Shown piece by piece: positions 36,301 to 50,419 of a stretch of 64,000 nucleotides of DNA. The DNA is from Vicugna vicugna. Taxonomy: Eukaryota. How positions within the stretch are numbered: position 1 is the first letter of the stretch; every line of letters starts with the position of its first letter. The position numbers were made by a program, and so were the translations under genes. The stretch spans positions 75,202 to 139,201 of the forward strand of contig MU057959.1 in NCBI GenBank assembly GCA_013265495.1, in the 5' to 3' direction. Below the pieces are notes generated by a model. That model did no database searches, was not told where the DNA came from, and worked only from the letters and a program-made list of their open reading frames with translations.

Positions 36301-38021
36301 CACTTAATGTGAACGACAGAGGCAATGTCTACATCGAATTTCAAATTTTCTGACTTGCCTTTTTTTTTTTAAGTCATTATCTTTGAAAATCCTTCAAACT
36401 CATCCATTGTTGAAGAAATTAGACTGTTAAAAAAATAAGAAAACTTACATGCTCCATCACCTTCTTATTTCTTCTGGAAAGTTCTGGAAAGTTTTCAGCG
36501 TGCAAAAAGATTTGAATAGGACTAAATGTCATATCCTGCAAATGTCAGAGAAGGCATCTTCCCAGAGAAAAGATCCCCATTGCCTCTTTCTTGAATTTAC
36601 CTTTGACTTGCTGTCCCTGTGTTGGTTTTGGTCAGTTGGTGTTTGTTAGTTCATTGTTTCCATTTCATCATGTATGTGTTCTTTACTGAATAATGGGCAC
36701 TCTATTTCTGAGATATATTTCCATCTGCTTGTCTCTGGACATAGTCCTTGATCAAAATGTTTATTGTGAATTAAATAGGATTTTTTCCCAGTGCGTCCAC
36801 CCTGCTCTAAGTAATAAGTGAGGATTAGCTAAGGTTATCTTGGAATCAAAAGCCAATGTGAAGAACAGTGGCTCCCAGACCAGTCCTTCTCAAGGTGTGT
36901 GCACACAGTCAGAGAAAAGTCTCAGTCCTCTGTGGAGTGATGTGAGTTTCCTTTTATTTTCTGCCAACTTAGTTGAATGGAAGTGGTATCAGCCAATATC
37001 CAAGGAACTTTTATCCACATATGCATTAAAAGCACAGTGTGTTCTGTGAGTTAAGTAGTGTCCATTGTTTGGTCTGTGTTCAGTTAATATGGATTTAGCT
37101 CCTGTCATGTGCGAACCTCACCCAAGTCTCAAAATCCATCAGGAACCAGATGGACTGTATTTAGGATCCAGTGAGGTTATCTCCCTGTGAAAGACACAAA
37201 AGATAAGCAAGCTCCCCACTCTTGCCAAATATGTCACCTGTTTCTAAGTTCTAGGATGAAAAATAAAGCAAAGTTAGGACCATGGAGTGTATCTGAGTCC
37301 TTTTTGTGGGAGGAGATGAAATTTTCAAAATGAAGGGCTTATAGTGAAGCTCTAAGGAGAGTTAGAAGAATGAGTTGAGTGTGTATCTGGGATAGGAGTG
37401 TGTGGGAACAGAAGGTAAAAAGGTGTTTTGGAAGGTCCTTTCTATTGTTTCTATCAATATTCTAAAGGTGTATGCCCTTTGTAAGGTATTTCCATGTATA
37501 GAAATCATGTTGAAACATACAGAAATAAGTCTAGCAATCTTGTACCTGGACACATTTATTGTTGGGAGTGGAAGAAATTAAGCTCGGGAATTAGAAGTCT
37601 CTGAATCAACATATGAATAATCTCTAAAAATATGACTACCTGAGAAGAAGAAATGATTCTCTTGATATTTTTATTCTGATATATGTATGAAACAAAGGTT
37701 GCTGTCTGATAAATTAGTATGTTTGTGCATTAATGAAAATGCATGGTTTTGTCAAGTGTAGACTTTTATACCAATCTCTTGAAAATACTTAATTCTATCT
37801 GGTCATTAATGAGCAGGTTGTGATATGAAGTATTTCAATATGAAATCTCAATTATATGTCTCTTGAACTCTTTGTCTGAGTTTAGTTATTTCTTCTTTGA
37901 GTGTTTGATAGTTTTCACTTGGAAAATCTTGTGGATCTGCGACTTCTTTAAGCACAATTTTATGATGACAGATTGAATTTCTTTAATATATATGAGACGG
38001 TAGAAATTTGGTTTCATCATT

Positions 38022-41000
38022 CTTTTTACTTTTAGTATTTTTGAATCTAATTATTTCCTCATTATTTTATTCAATAATTATTTGGCACCTAGTACATGCA
38101 GATTAGTGTCTCTATTTTATTTACTCATTTGTTCATTAATTTTATTGAACTACAGTCAATAACACTGTTGTCAATTTCTGGTATACAGCACAATGTCAGA
38201 GTCTTGTATATACATAGATATATTCATTTTCATATTTTCTTCATTAAAGACTATAACAAGATGTTGAGTATAGTTCCCTGTGCTATACAAAAGAAATTAA
38301 AAAAAATCTTTATATGTGGTAGCTAAGATTTTTATATATCAAAACTCCCAAATGTATCCCCTCCCAGCCCCTTTCCCCAGTAACTATAAGATCACTTACC
38401 AAGTTTGAAAATCAAAAATACCATATGAGATCGCTCATTATGTGGAATCTAAATAAATGAATAACAGCAAAACATAAATACGAATCAGAAACAGACTCAT
38501 AGACATAGAATACAAACTTGTGATTGCCAAGGGGGTGAGAGGTAGGAAGTGAGAGATTAGGATTTCAAAATGTAGACTAGATAAACAAGATTATACTGTA
38601 TAGCACAGGGAAATATATGGAAGATACTATAGTAGCTCTCAGAAAAAAATGTGACAATGAATATATATATGTTCATCTATAACTGAAAAATTGTGCTCTT
38701 CTCTGGAATTTGACACAGCATTGCAACATAATAATAACTCAATAAAAAATGTTAAAAAGAAAAGAAAGTCTGTTCCTGTTTTGTAGATAAGTTCATAGTG
38801 TACCTTTTGTGGTTTTTTTTTTTTGATTTCACATACTCGTGATGTCATATGGTAATTTTTTTCTATTTCTGGCTTCATGTATAATGACCATCTCTAGGTC
38901 CATCTGTGCAAATGGTATAATTTTATTTTTCCCTATGGCAGAGTAGTATTTCATTGTATAAATATACCACATTTCTTTTGGAAGAGTTTGAGAAGGACCG
39001 GTTTGAATTCTTTGTATATTTGGTTGAATTCCCTAGTGGAGCCTGAATTCAACAGTGAAACAATCTGTTCCTGGACTTTTGTTTGCAGGGACGTTTTTTA
39101 TTACAAATTCTATTTCAATATTTTAGTTGATCTGTCTGTTCAAATGGTCAGTTTTTCCATGATTCAGTTTTGGTGGACTCTATGTTTCAAGAAACTTGTC
39201 CATTTCTTCTGTGATTTGTTTCCATACAGTTTTTCATAGGATATTTTGTATTTCTGTGATATTTGGTATAATTTCTCCATTTTCCTTCCTTATTTTGTTT
39301 ATTTGTGTTCTCTCTCTTTTCTTCTTGGTGAGCCTGTCCAGAAGTTTTTCAATTTTGTTACCCTTTAAAAAACCAACTCCTCTTTTTGATGTTTATGAAA
39401 TCTCTATTTCATGTATTTCCTCCTTGATCTTTATTATTTCCTTCCTTCTGCTGACTTATGGTTTTGTTTGCTTTTTTTTTTCTTCCTAATTCTTGTAGGT
39501 GATAAGTCAGGTTGTTTGTTTGAGATTGTTCTTTTTTCAGGAAGGGTTGTATCTCTGTGAACTTTCCTCTTATGACTGCTTTTGTTGCATTCCGTAGACT
39601 TTTTGTCGTTCTGTTTATGTTGACTTTTGTCTCAAAGTGTGTTTTAATTTGTTTTTTGATTTTATCACTGATCCGCTGATTTTTTATTAGCATGTTGTTT
39701 AATCTCCATGCTGTCATTCTGTTCTCCTTTGTTTTACCATGCTTGATTTCTAGTTTCATGGCATCGTGGTCAGTAAATATTCTTGAAATAATTTCTATCC
39801 TTTTAAATTTATTGAGGCTCCTTTCATGCCCGAGTACATGGTCTATCCTAGAAAATGTTCCATGTGCACTTGAAAAGAATGTATATTCTATCTTTTGGGG
39901 ATGTAGTATTCTGAAAATATCAACCTAGTCCAATTATTTTATTGTGTCATTTAGTTTCTCTTTTGCCATATTAATTTTCTATCTTAAAGATCTGTCCAAT
40001 GATGTTAATGGGATGTGAAAGTCTCCCACAGTCGTTGTGTTCCCATCAATTTCTCCCTTTTTATCTGTTAGTATTTGCTTTATATTTTCAGGTGCTCCTA
40101 TATTGAGATCATATATGTTAACAGGTGTAATATCCTCATCTTGTATTGCTCCTTTAATCGTTATATAGTGTCCTTTTTGTCTTTTTAATGGCCTTTTAAA
40201 GGTCTTTTTTGTCTGATATTATTATTACTATTACTGCTTTTTTATTTTTATGTTCATTAAATATCTTTTTCCAACTTCTCATTTTCAATTGATGTGTCAT
40301 TCTTCCCAAAGTGAGTGTTTTATCTACAGCATATTGTATATTCTTTTTTTTATTATGCAGTCTGCCCCTGTATGTCTTTTGATTGAAGCACTTAATCCAT
40401 TTACATTTATGGTAATTATGGATAGATGTGTGTTTATCACAATTTTAAACTAATTTTTCCAGTCGATTTGGTATTTCCTCTTTGTTCCTTTCCTTTTCTT
40501 TTTCTGTTTGTGGTTTGATAATTTTTCTTTGTATTATCTTTATTTCTTTTTGTGTTTTTTTGTTTGTTTGTTTGGTTTTTTGAATGTTGCAAGCTTTTGA
40601 CGTGTGGTTACCCTGGTTTTTAAGTATATTAACCTATTAGTATACTTGTTGTTTTAAATTGATAGTCATAATAGGTCAATTACTTCCTTGAAAGACTGGA
40701 AGAAATGTGTATTTTCTTGCCTCTCTCTCCCACCCTTAATGATACTGATATTTTCTTTTACATACTCATGTTTATTCTATTGTAACTCATTGAAATTTTT
40801 GCCTTTCCAATTATGTTTTTTTTCCTTTCTATAGCATCCTGCTTCTTTTCTGTTTAGATTAGACTTTTCAGTATTTCTTTCAGCAATTGTTTAGTATTGC
40901 TTAATTCTTTTAGTTTTTGCTTGTCTGTGAAATTCTTTATTTATCCTTCAATTCTAAAGGATAGCCTTGCTGGATAAAGTATCCTAGGTTGCAGCTTTTT

Positions 41001-43449
41001 TCATTCAGACTTGGAATGTATGTTGCACCCCCCTTCTGGCCTGCAGTGTTTGTGTAGAGAAATCAGATGAAAGCCGTAGGAAGGGGGTTCCCTTGTAACT
41101 CACTCTTTGTTTTTCTCTTGCTGACTTTAGAAATCATTTCTTTTTCTTCAACCTTGGCCATCTTGATTATTGATATGTATTGATGTATATTTATTTGGGT
41201 TTTTCTTCTTTGGTACCTTCTGTGCTTCCTGTACTTGGACATCTGCTACCTTCTTGACGTTTGGGAAATTTTCAGTCATGATTTCTTAAAATACCTTTTC
41301 AACCCCCCTTGCTTTTTCTCCTTCTGTGACCCCTATTGTGCTTAGTTTGGCGTGCTTTATATTATCTTATAGGTCCCTTAAATTGTTTTCATTGATTTTT
41401 GTTTGCTTTCCTGTCTACTGTTTTGACTGTGTGAGTCCTGTCATTCTGTCTTCTAAAGACACTTATTAATTTCTCTGCATTGTCTAGCCTGCTTTTGACA
41501 GTGTTTAGCTTGGCTCTTGCCTCAGCCATTGAGTTTTCTGTTTTTAATTGGGTCCTCTTTATAATTTCAATTTTTTCATTAAAACATTCTCTTGTTCCTG
41601 TTTACAATCTCTCTTGGTTCCTTCAGTGCTTTAGTCACTCCCTTTTTGAAATCATGGTCTAGTAGACTCTTGAGGTCTATTTCATTATTCTTTCAGAGGC
41701 TTTCTGTTTTTCTTTTAACTAGAAATCATTCCTTTGCGTCATTTTACTCATGCCTATCTGGCATTGTGGATCATTTTGTATCATTTTCTACTTTAGCTGT
41801 AAATTTACTTATTTCCTTATTTAACTTTTTAAGATGTGGAGTTAAAGCAAAACAAAACAAAACAAAAAACTCCAAAACATAAACAGACAAAAAAACAACA
41901 GAGAAGAAAACAGCAACAAAACCAACACAGAAGAAGTTTTTTCAGAAGGAAAATATTTTTAAGTTTAAAAAGAGGAAAATGTTTTAAAAATCATAAAATA
42001 TCAATGAAAAATTAAAGTAAAAACAAAGTAAAATTTTATCAAGATTTTAAAAGAAGAAGAACCATTTAAAAACAATACCAGAACTAACAGAAGAATGAAA
42101 CATAAAAAATAAAAATAAGGATGAAATTTTAAAGTTTTTTGAATATTTAAAAAATGTCAGAGAAAGATAAAATGATAAAAGTGATAAAAAAGCATAGGAA
42201 ATTAAGAAGTAGAAGATAAAAATTGAAAATTAGATTTAAAAAAAGGAGAATGTATTCTCCTGTAGACTGTGCATTCCTAATAATTAGGTCTTTTTTAAGT
42301 ATACATTTTTTCCCAAGTCTTCCTTGCATGCCTTTTGGCTTTGGTTGGAGATTTGAGTAGTGTTATGGTGGCCAGTGCACTCCCTGGCATTTGAGCAGGG
42401 TCTGCTTTTTGATCACTAGTTGTCGATGCACCTGCCCTTGCCCCACTGTGCTAACAGGAGCGCCACTCCCTTCTTCCAGAGGCCCTAATGTCAAGCCCTC
42501 AGATCACACCTCCTTTCAGTGCCACTGCCTGCGCCTGTACTGCGCACAGTAGGCAGTGTCGCAGAAAACGGCTGCACCATCCCTCACCCCTACTGTGCAC
42601 CAAACTCCACTCTTTGCTCGTTTGTCTTATCGATGCCAGTCCACAGAGGCACCAGAGCAGAAAGGTCCCCTCTGCCTGGGGCTGTCGAGAAATTGCAGTC
42701 CCACCTATAAGTTTCCAGAGCCACTGTGTATGGATTTAGGATTCAGCCCTTCCTTTGCCTGGGAGCCACGCACCTTAGAATTCGCCCCACCTCTCTTCTC
42801 CGGAGTGCACCAGCAATGGTGTTGTGGTTCTGCCGAGAGAAAAGCTATGGTGCTCCTCCCCTCAGGGCACGGCAGCACTGTTGCTTTGCTTTTTTAAAAT
42901 AATTTCATGGTGGACCGAGGCTATTCTGTTATGTGTGCCCTCCCAGCCACAGTGCACAGCACACTCCAGTCCCCTGAGTTTGCCTCCGTACAGTGGTCCC
43001 CTATTCTCCGCTGGGCTTGGCAGCCCAGCCCAGCCCACCTCCGCTGGTTCCTGTCTAGGGCTGGGGGTCGCATGGACCCTTTGTGCCCATTTTACCTAGC
43101 TCTGTCGATCAAGGGGTGTTCTTTACAGATCTGAGCCTTGGATGTTCCCCCTCTGTCCCACTGATCTCTCTGCTGGAGAGAGTGAGACCTAGTGGATGAG
43201 CACTATTCCTCTTTTGCTGCTCTTCTCCCCATCGGATAGGTCCTGCACTAATTTCCCGCTTTCTTCTTTCCTTTTCCGTTTCTCTAGCCAGATTTGTTAC
43301 GAGTTTTGTCTTGATGAAGGAAATGTTTTGTCAAATTTCAGGAAATACTCTGAGTGGGTGGGTCTGTGCATGTCTCTCTTGGTGTACTCTTTGGAGAGGC
43401 TGAGCTAAGAGCCTGCCTCTTAGCTCTGCCATGTGGCCGCTTACTCTCT
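38022..43449 (-). mobile_element. LINE-1 with both ends, a large internal ORF2 deletion (~38975) and a candidate 11-bp TSD
   Basis: 3' UTR from ~38150, ORF2 fragments (39409-39759), ORF1 remnant ~40860-41750, GC-rich 5' UTR to ~43440; gtttcatcatt occurs at 38011-38021 and 43450-43460. Confidence 0.88.
38410..38768 (+). mobile_element. Young 5'-truncated L1 3' end inserted antisense into the older L1 3' UTR
   Basis: Matches 62465-62820; absent from the paralogous site at ~56210. Confidence 0.88.
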
Positions 43450-43769
43450 GTTTCATCATTTTGTAACATGTCTTTCAGGAAATGTGTCCATTTTCATCAG
43501 AAGTGTTGTAACTTTGGTTGGCATAACTTTGCTTATTAGTGTTTTTATATTCTCTTTGGAAGTTCCTATCAGTTGTTCATTTCAGCATTCTAAAGGTGTG
43601 TGCACTTTGGTAAAGGATTTCCATGTATAGGGTGTATGAAATAATTGAGATATATAAAAATTGTTACTGATATGTTGATTGTCATGTTGAAACTTTCAGA
43701 AATAAATCTGACTGTCTTATAGCTGGATACATTCATATTAGGAAATGGAAGAAATTAAATTAAGAAGTC

Positions 43770-46700
43770 AGAAAGGAAGTATGATTATTGAGAGAGAGAT
43801 GATGTTATGTAGGAACCAGGAATGTCGTCTCGATATTGTTCGTCCTGATTCCATGGAGAAGATGTTGTTCCTTAGTCTCTGTGACATGTTCCGTAGCTGA
43901 ATAAAACAAGACAGTGATTTGTTGAGTTGACTGTATGACAGTTGGCAGGGCTCAGCCGCAGGGAGTAGGTTGGCGAAGGGCAAGAGGAAATGATAGTGTA
44001 TCCAGTGGGCAGTTTCCACGTGGAACTTAATACTCCCCATGTCTCTGATGTGTGGGTATCCATTTGGAATTCCCCTGAGGATATATATATGGTGGGTCCA
44101 CTCATGTTTAGGATTAAGTCTAGCAGTTTTGTGATTTAAGGATTCATGCTTATGGAATGGTTCATCTGAAAATGATTGACGGGATCTTTGGTTGAGTTAC
44201 ACTTTTTTAGTTTTAAAAGTTTTGCCTTTGGTGGCTTCAGAATTATATTCATTTGGAAGCTACTATTACTGATTGCCTTTTTCCTCCCTTTGTCCTTAAC
44301 AGAAAAGAAGCAACAGTTTAGCCTTATTCAATGTCCTTTTCCACGGCTGTCTACTTTTAGAAACCTTAAAAATTCCACTTTAACAAAACCGTCCTCTAAA
44401 GGGGAAAATAAACTATATGCCTGTTTTAAGAAGTGTGGTTGGAAGGTCTTCAGTAGGGCTGTCACAGTTATGTGCACTTAAACGTGGTTTTTTCAGCCAT
44501 GGTGTGTTATCTGTAAGCCCATTTCTCCTGGACTTGGGCTATATATGTACAGCCATCAGGTTGAGGCAGACTGGAAAATTCGTTAGTTTTCATCAATTTC
44601 TGGCAATTCTTGCTTCTATCTAAATAAATCCTGCATGATGGTGCTTTCTCATCAAAACTGCTCAGCATTAATTGGCCAATAAAATTTGTAACTTAATAAG
44701 ACTCAAGAAAAGCAAAAAATCCTTAATGTAAGAGAAAAAATTGTCTAGTGACTTAATTTAGATGTTTGAGCTAAGAGACATTGTCATGTACAAAACTTCG
44801 CCCATATTGTTTCAGATTGTGTCCTTCGTGATTTAGGTGCTGGAGCAACATTAACAATAGGTCAATTCTACTTACAGTTTGTAGTCAGAATGTCTTCTAT
44901 TGGACACTTAAGACAGTCCTCTGGGGGGAAATCAAAGGGAGAAGAATAAAAGAATAGGGGAATATTACCATTTCCCAACATTCCCAAAGTTTTCTTTTTT
45001 AAGTAATGGATTTTATAAAAGATTCTTTATGGAAAAAAATTTAAACAAATCAGTTTGTTTCCTGACAACCTACTTACATCCCATGTGAATGATACATTGA
45101 GGAAAAAGTGTAGTTCCATTAACAAGACAGAAGACTTTTTCAAGATTTTCTTCTGGAACCTCTTTTCTCTGTCAGCAGCTCCTTGATCTTCTCTAATTCT
45201 TCAGTTTTTATATCACATACTTTGGCTTAAAATCATAATGCATAAAGCAGAATTTCGAACATTAGAATCCCTGAAAGTTTCTGAACAGAGAATAAGAAAT
45301 TGAATGTGCAAATCAGATCTTCACGTGGTACAAATTTAGCAGAACCTGTCATAGACATAGACGTCTGCTGCCTGTCTTTAGAGTGAAACTTTGTCTGACT
45401 CTGTACCTGTGTTCTCTCCAGCATCAGCACCAAGGCTTTGAAGACTCATCAGGACCTCCTTGAATCTGGCCCCAGATTCATCACAAATACGGAAATTAAG
45501 TGCTTTTTTATCAGCTTCCTAGAATCTGTACCTGACATTTATGCCTCATTCTGAACCAAATATTCTGGAAACATGTCCTCACCTCCCAGAGACACATTAA
45601 CAGTTTTAGTCATAGTCATGGGACATGATTTATTCTTTAATCAAACCACAGTTCTCCGCAGTGCCATTTGGAAATAGACACTGATGTCCCAGGGACTAGA
45701 ACACACCTCTCAATGAGCCTGTGTGGTCATCTGTGGTGATGTCCACCTTCGTCAGAACATGGCATAAGAAAAATTTAACAGGATGGAGATATATTTAAAA
45801 AAAAACTTCAGTTCCAGACTTTAGAATGCATTGGAAAATGGCATAAAATTAAGTAACTGAGGCCATTGGATCATAGCCATGCTTTAAAATTAGTTGGCAA
45901 GTTCAGATACTATTTCTTAAGCAAGTAAATTATTAAAATTCTTAAATTTTAAACAGGGATTTATTTTCAATTGTCAGATAATCTATTACTTCCCACTACT
46001 ACCAGCTCCCCTTGTTACCTTTGTTTCTTTGTAGATCACATCTCTAGATCCTTAATGAACACAATGTCCTAGGTCTTGTCAGTGGGTAGTGAGTCATATG
46101 TGCACATGCTGACTTTTTGAATGAAAATGCTGATAGTGAAAGTGTTATCAGACACTGACCATGGGGACAGTAGGATGTGGTACATACCAAACACTTCGAC
46201 CACTTTGATCTCGTTGCCTTCCTCATCCATGCAGACAACAGTTACTACCAGGGGATCTTCAGACAGCTGAGTTATTTCGACTTGGTTTGTGCCATTATCT
46301 GTGAGTGAGTGAGAATAAACATGTATACAGATGTGTCCTCATTGATTGCACTTTAGCCTGAGAAGGGCCGTTTGTCACTTTGTCACTGCGGTAATGGTAC
46401 AGGTGGTTATGATGGCAGGCACAACGGGAAGGCCTTCCAATCACCACCTTCTCATACAGTTAGCCTGGTCACAACTTGCAGTCTTACTAGAATGTTTTTT
46501 TGAGTGTATGTTGTAAGGAAGCCAACATGTTTATTTATTCTTTTTAACAACATGTGCATATCACGACATGCAAGTTCAAGAACTCTCTATATTTCCAGTA
46601 TCCCAGCAATGGAGCTGATTTTTGGGGGGAATCAGTATCAGATTACCATTTGAAACTTGGTGTTATGAGTGCTGCTCTATACCAGGCTACCTTTGGCACA

Positions 46701-49700
46701 TTGTGTAGAAATGACTGTATTTCCTCAGCCTCGGTTCCCGTTATGTAGCAGACATTATGAGGCCACCGCCGTGTGTGTCGGTGTTAAGTCATGTTTACTT
46801 GCCAAGATGTGGAGGAAGTGACAACGTAAAATTGAATGCACATCCCCTGGAGGGGTGCACCTCACCTCGCCTGCTCTGTCCCTCCCCCTGCCATATTTCT
46901 CTTCAGAAGAACAAGAACTGGTCTACTCTGCATTACCTCTAAATCCATTCTCATGTCAAGCTCTCCTGACACCTTATTGGAACCAGTCATCCTCATCTGA
47001 CTTAAAACTGCCCAGCTGCATCCCCAAACCTCAAAAACACCACTACCCACTATCGGAACCCTGAAACATGGTGTGTCCGCCAGAGCAAAGACTAAGGAAC
47101 ACCCAGCACAGCTTCAGAGTTTCAAACAAGTCTGTGCATCTCGCCCAAGTTCACTCAATGTCCATGGGCCTTGGGTTCCACTGGGACCATTTAAGTAGGA
47201 TTTCATGCAGCTCTTCAGGATCTCAGTCACCACCTATGTGATCACCGTCATTTTACAGAGGAGGGTTTGCAAACAATCTCACTATGGGCTGTACATGTTT
47301 TGAAAGTGAGGGAGGCAGTGAGAGTAAGCGCATCTCCTGGGCCCCCTGTTGTGATCAAGGCGCTGCTGGTGCTGTGCTGGCCGTGGCTGCACGTTATGTC
47401 CCCAGAACAACGCTGGGGGTGCTGCAATTTCTTATAAGAATAAAATTAAAACATTCTTTAGGAAATGTCCTGACATATAAAGTTATTGGTGAATATGTAG
47501 AGAAATCCTTAAATCATATATTTTAGTGATTTGTGTCTATTGAACAACCCCTGTGCTACTGCTTATGTTACACCAGGGTTGGGGCCTCATATTGATACAT
47601 TTAAAATTAATCGTGTCATCAATTATGTACCCCTCACACAATTTAAATTGAGCAATGCTGATTATGGCTCTTCAAACAAACTTAAACATTTACATCTTTG
47701 CCACCAATCTAATTGCTTTGAACACAAACTGTGTTTATGAAGCAATAAGCTTGGTGTTTGAAATCAGTATTTTGGGTGTTATTTATGATCATTGGCTGTA
47801 TAGGAATGGATTAAGATGTTCTAAATTTGTTTTTAAAAAGTATATCCTGCAGAATGACTTTTATGTGTAAACTGAAGATGGACCCTTGAGACATTAGTTC
47901 CTAAGGTTTTTGGAAGACTCTAGAAGGAGTTTCATGCAATTCAGAACCTTCTGAAATAATGGTTCTATGTTCATGTGGTTGGGCTGTCATTCAATACACT
48001 CAAGACTGGGAAGGGCCATCCCAGTCATGTGATTTGCATCTTTGTTCATGACAAAATCAGTGCCTGGAAAACTTATGGTATGTAGCTTCTCTATTTTAGC
48101 ATTAGAATTTTAAAATATGGAGTTATCCAAAGAATTTGATACCAAGACTTCAACCCTTATATACTTTTACCAAGACTTCAACCCTTATATACTTTTACCA
48201 TAAAACTGTCATACTTACAACCTATGGTATAAACCCCATCTGCTTGCTTTGTTCCCTGGACACCTTCTATTTTGCCTTCTCCGTTGCACCTTAAAAGAAA
48301 ACATAATCAAATTGGTTGGTTCAAAATAATGAACAATTTGACATTTAATTATGATTTCCTTTGTTTCATCCTCCCTAGTGTCAATGTCACAACTCACCTT
48401 TGTGTCTGTGAACAAGGTCACATTCAGAAGATAAGAAATAAGTCATCTAACATCAAGTTACTTTCAAGTGACAAAGATGCCTTGTAACACATAAAATCTG
48501 AGCAGAAGTTCCAAAGATAAACTATGAATACAAAACAGATCATGTTTAAAGCCTAATAAACATGAAGAAATCTAGAAGTGGGGAAAGGAAAGAAAAGTTA
48601 TGAGGGTTTTCTTGAGACTCATAGCTATCTAGACACACCTTACTTGTTTCACAAGGCTGGGCAAGACTTCTTACAGAATATAATAACTGACAGCAACAAC
48701 AACAAAAGGAGAAAAATGTGTTTGTGTCTCTAAACACAAGCTCTTCTATCAAAACGCCATAAGAGAATTAAACATTGAAAGATAGATAAATGTATGTGTG
48801 TCAAAAAGTGTTGCCACATGAAAAGTCAGTTATGTATAGGGTACAAAAAATTATGGAAATGGTAAACAGGAAGGTAAATGGTGTTCTTGAAATTTCTGAC
48901 AGCTGACATCTACTGGGATAGGATATATACACGTGTGTGTGGATGTAATTTTATTATAAGTAGGCTATCAAATATATATAATATACAGTCAATTATATAT
49001 ATTTGTACATCTTTAAAACAATCTCTTCAAATATAAAGCTCTTAGTTGTCTTCTGAATGCTTTCATTCTTGAAAATACATATCTGTGTTTGCATGCTCCT
49101 AGGAAAACCCCTGCCGTGTGGAGAACATTCCATGATTAGCACTGGGAGCTGTGGTGATCTTAACACATTTAGTGATGATTGTAAGCCACTGAGAATCAGC
49201 CCTTCAGGATAGAGGCCACTTTGTCACCCATGTCCCGGCATCCTCTGGGTCTAAGTGGGGAAGCATGTCGTACAAGTTGGACGTGGACTCAGGGCCCTAG
49301 AACTGTGGGGATTGAGGACAGGGCCCTCTTGTTCCTGCCCCATTGGCCCCTCTTTCGTTTAATGAGTTGACTCCAGTGGAGGCTGTGTGGCTTTCTCTCT
49401 AAGCAAAGGCTCCCAGACGTTTTGTAGAGCCTCATTGTGGACTTGACTCAGAGATTTCAGAGACCCTTCTAAATCCTCTAAATCCAGGGAGTCGCAGTGT
49501 TCCACGTATCCCAGGTATTTCATAGCAAGTGTGGAAGCCCGACCTTTTCTCAGAAATGGGGATTTATGTGAAATTTCCTTCTGTGTTATTTTTACTTACC
49601 TGTCGGAAATTGTGAAGTTGATTGTGTCAGTTTCATCATCGTTTTCATCCTTTCTGATAAAAAGTTGCATGGACAGATCTCAGTGGTCTTCTCTGTGTTA

Positions 49701-50329
49701 CTGAATGCGATATAAATGAGTTTCCATTCTAAAATCTGAAAGCAAAATTCCTCTTAGAAACTGTAGTTTATCTCTTTTCATTGTGTCCACCACCATCCAT
49801 CATGAGTTTCCCTTCACTTCTGCACATCAGCACAAATTACCTACGTTGCATCAACACAGCAGGATTCGTAAAATAATATGAAAACCCAAGACAACAGGAA
49901 AATATGGAGTTGGCAGTTTTCAGAGATCCCTTACCCTCTGTTAAATGGAAGAGCTCCAGTGGGACAGGTCTCTGGCTGACCCCCCCTTTTCTTGTACAAG
50001 GACAGTCAAGATTCAGTAGAGCCAAGTGATTGATGGTGGGGAGAATATGGAGACAGTATGGAAGTGCAGATCCCAGTTAATAGAGCGGTTCTGAGTTGGA
50101 GGTAGGTGGCCAAGTGAAGTGCACAGAAATATGGATACACATAACCACAGCCCCAAAAGGCCTCCCACACCCACACACACACATGCGCACACACACACAC
50201 AATTACACACAGATAAGACCTCCTCCCAGATGAGCCTGTCCCTGGTACCTCTGATGGAGCATGCACATCCAGAGGTCCTTGGGCAGCACAAAGCACACCA
50301 AGTACAAGCGTCGGGAACAGAATCTTCAT
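43770..50329 (-). pseudogene. OBP/Bos d 2-like lipocalin pseudogene, copy C (all 7 exons recognisable)
   Basis: Exon 1 50329-50249 (MKILFPTLVLGVLCAAQGPLDVHAPSE); exon 2 49735-49600 (136 nt, -1 frameshift); exon 3 48289-48219; exon 4 46298-46188 (YNGTNQVEITQLSED..DEEGNE); exon 5 45225-45123 (103 nt, +1 frameshift, donor GT>TT); exon 6 44920-44876 (EDCLKCPIEDILTTN); exon 7 from 43890 (acceptor AG>GG), truncated before the polyA signal. Confidence 0.92.
48141..48200. repeat. Perfect 28-bp tandem duplication next to the exon 3 donor of copy C
   Basis: accaagacttcaacccttatatactttt x2; single copy in B (~31147-31177). Confidence 0.9.
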
Positions 50330-50412
50330 CCTGTCGGTTTTTCTAGTCCTCTTCCTGGGGAAGCTGAGCGTGCCGTGCGTGAGTTGGTGTAGAGAATCTG
50401 TATGTGTGCCCC

Positions 50413-50419
50413 TTTTATA
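50413..50419 (-). promoter_or_regulatory. TATA box of copy C
   Basis: TATAAAA, positionally equivalent to 33351-33357. Confidence 0.75.
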
